Origin: an uncultured virus (IMG/VR IMGVR_UViG_3300028591_000162)
Lineage: Duplodnaviria > Heunggongvirae > Uroviricota > Caudoviricetes
Length of the DNA stretch: 21,002 nt
Reading direction: 5' to 3' (one strand)
IMG/VR virus record: IMGVR_UViG_3300028591_000162
Under the pieces are notes generated by a model. That model saw only the letters and a list, made by a program, of their open reading frames with translations. It did not search any database and was not told where the DNA came from. Numbering within the stretch: the stretch's first letter is position 1; each line of letters begins with the position of its first letter. Positions 1-7,761 of the stretch are shown here, piece by piece. The position numbers were made by a program, and so were the translations under genes.

Positions 1-3000
1 AAGGCTCGCTTCTGCATCGTTGTAGAAGTCGCCAAGCGTGTCATAGCCGTTGATGGTTCTGACAATACCCTTGAAACTATCGTCGTTCACTGTCTTGCCA
101 AGTTTCACGGCTTGCTCAGTCTTGTTCTGCGACTTCATTTCCTGTTGGTTGAACTTCGCAAAGGTCTCTGCCGTGTATGGCATTGCCTCATCGGGAACGA
201 ATGACACACGCGGATGCTGCATCGCTTCAACCTGTTCGGGAGTGAAGCCAAATTTGGGCGCGTACTCTTTCAGATAGTTCACGTATGCGCCATCGGTATT
301 GTCACGCGCTGCCAGTTCACCGGCCATGGTACGACCGTTGCCCGATAACACAACACCATCGTTGCTGACAACTGGAACACTCTGCAAGGCTCGCTGGTCA
401 TATTGACGCGCAATGCTCTGTGTATGCTCCTGCGCGTCGTGGTCTCGCTCATAGTCGCGGTCGTTCACGCTGTTGTCGTTGGCATCCATCGGGAAACCGT
501 CAGTCTTCTGCCATGTTTCGGGGTTGTGGCTTGGGGATGATGCACCACTCTCATGCAGGACGTAATGACCTTTCAGCGGTGTTCCGTCGGGCAGCATGAT
601 TTCGTCGCGGTGTCCGTCAACCTTTGTGGCATTGTTCCACTTCTCGGTAATGGCTGGCATCGGGTTCTCGTTGCCAACTGCCTTACGCTCTGCCTCGGCT
701 TGCTTGCGTGCCTCATATTCGGCTTGTGCCTCTGCAACGGCTTCATCATGACGCACGGCATCCTCTGCCGCTCTGCGTTCATTCTCCACACGCTGTATAT
801 CGTTCTGAATGTTGCGCACTTGCTGCCAGTAGTCCAATACGCGCTGTGCCTCGTCAATCTTCTCTTGACGTTTCGCCTTTGCCTCGTTGTACTTCTTGAT
901 GCTGGTGCCAACTCTTGGCATCTGTGCCGACTTCGCCTTGACAAGTGCGCTCTGCGCTGCCTGTGTCTGCGCTGCAATAAATTCGTTACCCTCACTGCGT
1001 GATAGTCCTGCCTCGTTGAAAATGTAGGCATGGGCGCGTTCGGGTGTGGTGGCTTGCCAGTCTTCTTCACCATCCTCACCAACAGGCATAGGCTCTGCCG
1101 TTGGCTGCTCAATTGGTTGTGCAGGTGCTTCGGCTGGTTGTGTCGGTTGAGGCTCTACCGTCTGCACTGGCTCCTGTACTGGCTGTGGTGCGACTTCGGC
1201 TTGCTGCTCAACAGGTGGGGGAGTAGTCTCTACCGTTGCAGGTGTTTCAGCGGAGGCTTCTTGTACTGGTGCAGCTTCGGGCTGCTGTGGTGCAACATGG
1301 CTCACAACCTTATCAACGAGTTTGTCTTCATGGTCGTGCTTTACCTCACCGTCCATGAAATACTCGATGATGTTTCCGTTTGCGTCGGGAACAAAACTGC
1401 CGTTCTCATAGCGCACACGTCCCATCACCATTGCAGGTTTCTCGCTGCCGTCCTCGTCGCGTATAGTCAACTCCATGTCGGCTGTATAGTCGGCTGGCGC
1501 ACCTGCCACACGTCCGTCAGTCTGTGGCTGTGCTGGTGCTGAGGCTTCGGGCTGCTGCGCTGCTGGTTCTTCGGTGATACCATGACGCTGACGATAGTCT
1601 GCAGATGCTTTCTCGTCTCTGATGCGCTGCAACTCTGAACGCTGGACGGTTGCTTGTGTGCCGTCGCCAAGTGCTACGGTGATGTTCTCACCGTCTGCAT
1701 CGGTAGCGACAACAACGGCTTCCTCACCAGTAGGCAACACCAACTGCTGACCAGGTACAAAGCGAACAGTGCCTTGTGCCTCGTCAATCTGTGCTTGAAC
1801 GTACTCCTGTCTGCTGCGCTCGATGTCGGCTTCACGCTGTTCTGCGGTTGTCACCTCACCAAGCGAAGAAATGCCGGTATCAGCGGACGGGTCTATCTGC
1901 TTGCGTTCTCCAGTGGCAGGGTTATATATTACGACAATGTTGTCACTCGAAGCCTTGTCAACAACCGAGCCGTCGGGCATCATCTGCACATTGCCATCAA
2001 CGATATACACCTGCTGGTCGTTACCCTCGCTGTCTTTCTCTTTGAGGATGGCAGGGCGCAAAGAGCCGTCAGTATGCTGCATCTGCTTGGTCTGCTCTCG
2101 CTGCTGGGCTACCATGTAGGCTGCATCCTCGTTGATGCGCTGCACAACACCGTTCCATGCTTCCTGTGCTTCCGAATTGTTTGGGTCGGTAAGTTCTATG
2201 GCGATGTCCTGACGCTCCTGCGCGTCGGCTTCGTGTCCTCTGTTGAAAGCTGCGCTGACAGGGTCGCCCTGCTCACCATCGTCAATGCCGAGTAATGCGG
2301 CTATCTGACTGTTACTTGTTGGTGCATCGGGGTCAACAGGTGCTTCGCCACGTTCTGCGGCTTCCTCCTGCTTGCGCTTCACGTCGGCAAACAGGCGGCT
2401 GGCATATTCGTCAACGGCTTTCTGCTCCTGCTCGCTGCGGCGGTTGCGCTCCTTACGGATAGCCTTGTCAACATCTACACCAAATTCTTCATTGATGGCT
2501 GTGCGTACTTCCGATGAACCGTATTTGTCACCAAGACCGTTGTAGGCATTAAGGATTTTCTCTGCCCACTCCAATTCAACTTCATTCATTGCTTCGGTCT
2601 TGCGCTTCATGAGGTCAAACAAAAGGTTGGCAGGTGCGCCTGTTTCCTCTGCAACAGTCTCACAAGCCTCATACATACGCTTGTTGTCGCCTTGCCAGTC
2701 ATAATAACGCTCACCCACGTCAAAGCCGTTCAACTCTGCTTGCCTGTTTATGCGGTTCACCTCCACGTCTGCACGTTTCTTGTCGCCAAACGAGCGACTG
2801 GTAATCACTCCATTTGCACCAAACGACTGCACGGTGTAACCTGTCACGTTGCCGTCTGCGTCCTTGTCTTCAAGGATGCTTGAACCCATGACGGTTGACA
2901 TTGGCAGACCATGCCCTGTGAGATAGTAGTACATCTTGGCACGTGCTGCCTCGCTGACGCTGTTGTCTGTCATCAACTCGACAAAGCGGTTATATGGTAG

Positions 3001-5178
3001 TTCAGCCTGTCCGTCGCCTCCCTCAATCATTCTGCTTGCATCGGTGGTGGTAGGACGAGCCTTGTCATATTCTTCTTTGGCTTCGGCATAACGGCTGTAT
3101 TCCTCCGTGAGGTCTTTCAAGTCGCCGTACCCTCTGCGTTCCAGTTCTTTCTTCTCGTCCTCAGTAAGTGCAAGGTCACCGCGTCCGTCAAGAATGGAAC
3201 GTAAACGTGTCTCAAAACCAGCCTTGCCGTTCTTGGAGCGTGCAAGGTCGTAGATAACACGCGGTGCAGACTTCAACAGATGTTGTGCCTTGAAACCTGC
3301 AATCATTGCCATGTTATCAGTCCAAACGTCCATCAGCGCGTCACCACGACTATTGCGAAGTTCCTCAATCTTGGCTGCGCGTTCCTGTTCGTCTGCAATA
3401 TAGTTAGGGCTGGTCTCATCAGACAGTGAGTTGATGAGGTCGCCATATTGTCCGTAGGTGTTGATTATCTCCGGCACGGCAAAGATTGTTCCCTCTGCCA
3501 CTGTACCTACACCAAGTTCACCGGCACGGATGCCCATCTTGCCAACGGTGCTTTCGGTGGCTCTGACAAGTTTGTCGCTTACATTGCCGAGGTATGGAGC
3601 AATTACACCAGTTACTGCACCCATCATCAAGCCGTGTCCTGCACGCCCTGCCACATTGCCAAACGAGAAACCGTCCTTGCGTTCACCTGTTTCCTCGTCA
3701 ATGTAACCTCCCCACTTCATTTGGTCGAGTGCTTCGCTTCCTGCCTCGTATGTACCGAAGTTCACAGCACCACCAATGGCTCCACCAAGCATACGACCTC
3801 CGAGCGTGGTGCCAAACTTACGCATGGCTGCTTCGCCAATCATCTTGCCACCGAGCCAAGTTGTGCCTTTAACGGCTGCACCACCTGCACCTGCAGATGC
3901 CCAAGTGAGAGGGTCTAAGGCAAAGCCTGTAACTGTTCCTGCGATACCTGCGACCTTATGGCCTTGCTTCTCAAAGCGTTGTTCTGCATCTTCGCGTGCT
4001 TCCCAGTCGCCTGTTGTACCTGCTTGCGCTCTTGCCGCTGCTTGCATCAATGTTCCAATTGCGTTACCTGCGGCAACTTTACGGATGAAATATTCGGCTG
4101 CGTCTTTAGGGGCGTTCTTGGCTACTGCCAGTTCATACATACGTCGGTCGCTCTGCTCACGCGCCATTTCCGTTGCTGCTTGCTGCAACTGTTGTTCTGT
4201 GGCTTGTGGGTAGCGGTTCTTCAGTGCGCCGTACATATCTTCGATGATGGACTGCTGTTTCTCCTTGCCCAGCATGTTCCAAGCATCATCAGCCATACGT
4301 TGCAGGTCGTGGTATTTCAAATGAGTGGCAAATGCCTTGATGCCGGTGTCAACATTATCAGCACCCAAACCTCCTGTTACGCTCGTACCCTCCGCAGCAC
4401 CACGGAGGAAATTGCTCCATGATGGTTTGCTACGCTCGTCCAAGTATCTACCAAACTCCTCATTAGATTTGTCCTCGGCTTGCTGCCATACCATTGCAGC
4501 AGCATTGTCCGGGTCGTACTTGTCAAGTGATGCACCCACACGACGCTCAAAGTCATTCTCAATTCGCTTCTCGCGGTGTTTGCGTCCCTCGGGTGTTGTG
4601 GCTTCCCACTCGTCACGGTATTTCAGATTGAGGCGCGACTGCTCCAGCGGTGTTGTTACTTCATCGCCATGCGTCGTGTAATACCTGCGCTCCATCTTTC
4701 CGCTTTCCGGGTTGAACTTCACTTCGCTTGTCTTACCCAAGGTGTTGCCCTTGCGGATATTCTCCATGCGTGTATTGAAGTCCTGCTGCGACTGCTTCAC
4801 TTGGCGCATGGTCTCGTCCAACTGCATCTGCATACCCATCTTCTCCTGCCAAGTCGGTTGCCATCCACCTTGCTTTTGTGGCTGTTCATCCTGTTTGGGC
4901 TGTGTCGATGTGTTCACGGTCGGGTTTACTTGCCCTGTAGTCTGCTTGACTACCGGCTGCGCTGGTGCCGGTGCTGGCTTCTGCACTGGCTGAACCATCA
5001 TACTTGCGAAATCGTCAGCACTACCAACATTCAAGCCTAAACTACGGCTCTTTTGGTAGTACCAATCGCGGTCTTCTTTATTGTCAAGGCTCTTTGTGAA
5101 GTCGTCGTAACTGCCAGTGTTTACGCCATTCTTCTTCATTTGCTCATAGAGCCACTTTCTATCGTCGTCATTCCACAT
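1..5178 (-). CDS. Giant polyvalent / internal virion (ejection) protein with ddrB-like ParB domain; 3' end outside the window
   Basis: ATG at 5178, 7 nt past the stop of 5185..6345. Read by hand the frame is open from MWNDDDRKWLYEQMKKNG to ...GYDTLGDFYNDAEASL at position 1 (1726 codons). Gly/Ala-rich hydrophobic segment ~3475-3957, Pro/Gln-rich linkers, and a ParB-like region ~130-620 (HYVLHE...PSH...NDRDY...VPVVSNDGVVLSGNGRTMA). Missing from the ORF track because the stop lies outside the window. Confidence 0.85.
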   Translation of the reverse strand, partial: MWNDDDRKWLYEQMKKNGVNTGSYDDFTKSLDNKEDRDWYYQKSRSLGLNVGSADDFASMMVQPVQKPAPAPAQPVVKQTTGQVNPTVNTSTQPKQDEQPQKQGGWQPTWQEKMGMQMQLDETMRQVKQSQQDFNTRMENIRKGNTLGKTSEVKFNPESGKMERRYYTTHGDEVTTPLEQSRLNLKYRDEWEATTPEGRKHREKRIENDFERRVGASLDKYDPDNAAAMVWQQAEDKSNEEFGRYLDERSKPSWSNFLRGAAEGTSVTGGLGADNVDTGIKAFATHLKYHDLQRMADDAWNMLGKEKQQSIIEDMYGALKNRYPQATEQQLQQAATEMAREQSDRRMYELAVAKNAPKDAAEYFIRKVAAGNAIGTLMQAAARAQAGTTGDWEAREDAEQRFEKQGHKVAGIAGTVTGFALDPLTWASAGAGGAAVKGTTWLGGKMIGEAAMRKFGTTLGGRMLGGAIGGAVNFGTYEAGSEALDQMKWGGYIDEETGERKDGFSFGNVAGRAGHGLMMGAVTGVIAPYLGNVSDKLVRATESTVGKMGIRAGELGVGTVAEGTIFAVPEIINTYGQYGDLINSLSDETSPNYIADEQERAAKIEELRNSRGDALMDVWTDNMAMIAGFKAQHLLKSAPRVIYDLARSKNGKAGFETRLRSILDGRGDLALTEDEKKELERRGYGDLKDLTEEYSRYAEAKEEYDKARPTTTDASRMIEGGDGQAELPYNRFVELMTDNSVSEAARAKMYYYLTGHGLPMSTVMGSSILEDKDADGNVTGYTVQSFGANGVITSRSFGDKKRADVEVNRINRQAELNGFDVGERYYDWQGDNKRMYEACETVAEETGAPANLLFDLMKRKTEAMNEVELEWAEKILNAYNGLGDKYGSSEVRTAINEEFGVDVDKAIRKERNRRSEQEQKAVDEYASRLFADVKRKQEEAAERGEAPVDPDAPTSNSQIAALLGIDDGEQGDPVSAAFNRGHEADAQERQDIAIELTDPNNSEAQEAWNGVVQRINEDAAYMVAQQREQTKQMQHTDGSLRPAILKEKDSEGNDQQVYIVDGNVQMMPDGSVVDKASSDNIVVIYNPATGERKQIDPSADTGISSLGEVTTAEQREADIERSRQEYVQAQIDEAQGTVRFVPGQQLVLPTGEEAVVVATDADGENITVALGDGTQATVQRSELQRIRDEKASADYRQRHGITEEPAAQQPEASAPAQPQTDGRVAGAPADYTADMELTIRDEDGSEKPAMVMGRVRYENGSFVPDANGNIIEYFMDGEVKHDHEDKLVDKVVSHVAPQQPEAAPVQEASAETPATVETTPPPVEQQAEVAPQPVQEPVQTVEPQPTQPAEAPAQPIEQPTAEPMPVGEDGEEDWQATTPERAHAYIFNEAGLSRSEGNEFIAAQTQAAQSALVKAKSAQMPRVGTSIKKYNEAKAKRQEKIDEAQRVLDYWQQVRNIQNDIQRVENERRAAEDAVRHDEAVAEAQAEYEARKQAEAERKAVGNENPMPAITEKWNNATKVDGHRDEIMLPDGTPLKGHYVLHESGASSPSHNPETWQKTDGFPMDANDNSVNDRDYERDHDAQEHTQSIARQYDQRALQSVPVVSNDGVVLSGNGRTMAGELAARDNTDGAYVNYLKEYAPKFGFTPEQVEAMQHPRVSFVPDEAMPYTAETFAKFNQQEMKSQNKTEQAVKLGKTVNDDSFKGIVRTINGYDTLGDFYNDAEASL

Positions 5179-5184
5179 AGTCAA

Positions 5185-6345
5185 TTATCTTCTGCTTGGT
5201 GGGGTATTTTGGTTGTTGTTTCTTCGGCTTGGAGGTGTGTTGTCTTCGGTAGTGGTTACGCCACCGATGGCACGCAAAGCACTCTGCACGTTCGGGTCGT
5301 CGATGTTTGAACCAATCCAGTCCATCATTTGGTCGGCTGAAACAGGCGTTGTCTGTCCTGTTGAGATATTGTAACCTCCAGTCGGGCGACCTGCGGACGG
5401 TGTTTTGCTGAACACATACGAGATATTATGCTGGTTCAGTCGGGTGTTTGGAATACGAACCATACCATTGCCCGAATAGAACTCAGTATATTTGCCGTCC
5501 TGCGATGCAGCAATACGCTGACGTTCCAAGCCCTCTGATGCCTTATTGTGCCGTCTCGTTTCGGCAATACCAGCAGCTTGAAGTCCCTCGGATGCTCTGT
5601 TGTGGCGTTCATGCTCCTTGGAGGTGACATCAAACTGACGTTTGTTCTCGTCGAAACCTTTCTGCCAGTGGTCGTTGTCAGAGTCAAACTTCTTGTCGCG
5701 GAAAGCCACATCGTCGGCACGGTCTTTGCGACCTGCGTCAAACTGTTGTTGCCAGTTGTTCTGCTGTTGCTCTGCTTGTGTAACACGAAAGTTGAAGTCG
5801 CGGTCTTTGTCCTTGATGTTTCCAAGGGTGATAGCGTAGTTCACCAGTCTGTCATTGTCCTTGTCGCGCTGTGCCTTGGCTTTCTCAAACAGTTCTTTGG
5901 CTTTTGCCGACATCTTAGGCATATCCATAGCCTTGATGCCACGCGCATGAGAAAACGCCGTGTGGAATGTTCCCAAGCCCTCAGCGAGCCTTGCGAGGAA
6001 GCCTACACGTTTCTCGCGCTTCTCTCGTTTCTCTCGTTCCTCCTTTGTCTCGGGCTTGATACTCTCCATCTGACCACGAAGAAACTGCTCCAGTTCTTCG
6101 TAGTTGTTACCCTTGAACTGCGCATAGGGGCTTGTAGTGGTTGCCGTAGTAGTCGTTGTTGAGGACGATGAGCCTCCATTACCTACGAGTGTAGGTGTTG
6201 CAAGCGATGGAGGGGCAGGTGTGCCGTTTCCTCCATCGTCCTGTGTCGAGGTCACTCCGGGCTGTTGCCCATCATCATTCTGCGAGAAGTCGTAGAATGA
6301 CGTTGCACCTCGCGGTATTGTCGTTCCAAATGGGTTTGTTGCCAT
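5185..6345 (-). CDS. Putative DNA ejection / internal virion protein
   Basis: 386 aa; low-complexity S/T/G N-terminus, coiled-coil and Q/D-rich repeats, two ExxRxNxxxE motifs; lies between a pilot-like gene and the giant protein. Function inferred from synteny. Confidence 0.6.
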   Translation of the reverse strand: MATNPFGTTIPRGATSFYDFSQNDDGQQPGVTSTQDDGGNGTPAPPSLATPTLVGNGGSSSSTTTTTATTTSPYAQFKGNNYEELEQFLRGQMESIKPETKEEREKREKREKRVGFLARLAEGLGTFHTAFSHARGIKAMDMPKMSAKAKELFEKAKAQRDKDNDRLVNYAITLGNIKDKDRDFNFRVTQAEQQQNNWQQQFDAGRKDRADDVAFRDKKFDSDNDHWQKGFDENKRQFDVTSKEHERHNRASEGLQAAGIAETRRHNKASEGLERQRIAASQDGKYTEFYSGNGMVRIPNTRLNQHNISYVFSKTPSAGRPTGGYNISTGQTTPVSADQMMDWIGSNIDDPNVQSALRAIGGVTTTEDNTPPSRRNNNQNTPPSRR

Positions 6346-6366
6346 GATGTTATAGTGTTTACGTGA

Positions 6367-6867
6367 TTATCCAAGTCCCATGCCACTGGCAAAGCCGTTA
6401 GCGGCTCCACCGATAGCGTTACTTACCATGCCGAAGCCATCAACCTTACCTGCTTCGAGTTCGCGCAACTTCTCGTCAAGTTGGTGCTGTCTCTCGCGGT
6501 ACTGACCCTCAATCTGGTCTTTGCGCTGTGCGCCAGCAACTGCAATCTGACTGGTAGCATCTGACAGTGCTTTCGCATTAGCCTCTTTCGCTGCTGCTGT
6601 GCTCTCCTCTGTGCCACCCATCACGGCTTGCGCTCCTGCTGACTGCTGGTTGCGTCGCTTTATCATGTCTGCTGTCTGCGTAAGAATGGCTTGCGCGTCT
6701 GCACGCTGAGTTGCATCCTCGTTATACCTGCGGTCGTACCAGTCTTGGTTCTCACGCTTCTGTTCCTTAATCATGGCCATCTGCTTCTTCAGCATCTTGT
6801 TCTTACTGATGCCTCCGAAAATGCCACCAAGCGCACCGGCTGCGCCTCCGATTATTCCGCCTAACAT
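6367..6867 (-). CDS. Putative DNA pilot/ejection protein (P22 gp7-like architecture)
   Basis: 166 aa; Gly-rich hydrophobic N-terminus (MLGGIIGGAAGALGGIFGG), Q/A-rich coiled coil, Gly-rich C-terminus; first gene of the leftward operon. Confidence 0.6.
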   Translation of the reverse strand: MLGGIIGGAAGALGGIFGGISKNKMLKKQMAMIKEQKRENQDWYDRRYNEDATQRADAQAILTQTADMIKRRNQQSAGAQAVMGGTEESTAAAKEANAKALSDATSQIAVAGAQRKDQIEGQYRERQHQLDEKLRELEAGKVDGFGMVSNAIGGAANGFASGMGLG

Positions 6868-6910
6868 ACTGTATGCTTTTTAATTGATTAAACAAAACTT
6901 ATAAGTCGTG

Positions 6911-6936
6911 TGCGAAATTACAACCTTATCTTTGCA
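6911..6936. promoter_or_regulatory. Back-to-back Bacteroidetes -7 promoter elements
   Basis: TATCTTTG(CA) at 6927-6934 on + (exact TAnnTTTG) upstream of 6962; TAATTTCG(CA) at 6913-6920 on - (one mismatch) upstream of 6867. Confidence 0.55.
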
Positions 6937-6961
6937 CCATCATTTTAAGTTTTGATTTACT

Positions 6962-7327
6962 ATGCCACGCAAAGCAGGAGATGGGCGCGGACGGCTCGGC
7001 GGTCGTGCCGCAGGAACACCCAACAAAGACAAGCCATTGAAGACGTTTCTCCGACAACACTCGGTGAAATACTTCACACCCAGCATCGAGGAAAAGGACG
7101 ATAACGGAAAGAAGACAGGGCAACTGGTCTCGCAGTTTGACATTGACTGCAAGACACTTGACCCGGAAAGCCGTGTCGATGCCGAAATAAAACTATTGAA
7201 GTTCCACACGCCTCAGATGCAGTCAACAAGCGTTGACATGACAATCGTCGATGAAAACAGGACGCTCTCTGAACGCATTGCACGCCTCGCTGCTGGCGAA
7301 GACATTGCTTCGCCGTCTGAGGAGTAA
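6962..7327 (+). CDS. Putative terminase small subunit
   Basis: 121 aa; N-terminal GGRxxGTPNK motif (GRLGGRAAGTPNK) common in small-terminase-like proteins; has its own promoter and terminator. Confidence 0.5.
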   Translation: MPRKAGDGRGRLGGRAAGTPNKDKPLKTFLRQHSVKYFTPSIEEKDDNGKKTGQLVSQFDIDCKTLDPESRVDAEIKLLKFHTPQMQSTSVDMTIVDENRTLSERIARLAAGEDIASPSEE

Positions 7328-7356
7328 TCCTTACTACTGTTTACTGTATTTAGTAT

Positions 7357-7386
7357 AAAACCGCTGGGCAATCGCTCGGCGGTTTT
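7357..7386. terminator. Bidirectional rho-independent terminator
   Basis: AAAA-CCGCTGGGC-AATC-GCTCGGCGG-TTTT: 9-bp stem with two G-U pairs, A/T tails on both sides, 30 nt after the stop at 7327. Confidence 0.75.
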
Positions 7387-7400
7387 GTTATGCTACAAAG

Positions 7401-7711
7401 ATAACTTAGTTATAACTAACTTATAACTCACTTATATATAATAATGTGTTAGTTACGACATGAGTTATAACTGACTGAAATTTGTAATCTCACAATTATT
7501 CTGAAACATGGCAAAAGAACTACGGAAACACCTAATTATTGTGCTTTTCGTTGGCTCTGAATATCAACAAGTTAATAACTCACTTATAACTCACTTACAC
7601 TTTTTGTATAACAAGTAAAGGAAAGTAAAGAAAAGTAAAAGAAAAGAAATATATAAAGAAAATAAATTTTCTTATTCTCGTCGTCGCCGCGCACGTACAC
7701 ACGCGCGTGTG
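7401..7711. repeat. Iteron-like 11-bp tandem repeats, purine-rich tract and palindrome (candidate replication origin)
   Basis: ATAACTTAGTT/ATAACTAACTT/ATAACTCACTT at 7401-7433; ATAACTCACTT x2 at 7575-7596; palindrome AGTTATAACT at 7408-7417 and 7463-7472; A/G-rich tract ~7613-7666; perfect palindrome CACACGCGCGTGTG at 7698-7711. Confidence 0.65.
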
Positions 7712-7720
7712 AGAGATTTC

Positions 7721-7752
7721 AAAAAAAAGGCTTCGCCTTTATGGAGAAGCCT
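7721..7752 (-). terminator. Rho-independent terminator of the integrase gene
   Basis: AGGCTTC (7728-7734) pairs with GAAGCCT (7746-7752); the A8 run at 7721-7728 gives a U-tract on the minus strand just after the int stop. Confidence 0.75.
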
Positions 7753-7761
7753 GTATCATGG

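Noticed and set aside
50..6162. Many plus-strand ORFs and alternate-frame minus ORFs (e.g. 553..1002, 1654..2295, 573..1112, 5548..6162)
   Set aside because: Antisense or out-of-frame shadows of the giant gene and 5185..6345; Cys/Leu/Arg-rich compositions typical of shadow frames.
7401..7596. Repeats considered as a CRISPR array or integrase arm sites
   Set aside because: Units are 11 bp and tandem with no spacers. Better arm-site candidates lie at 9308-9567, though an att role is not formally excluded.
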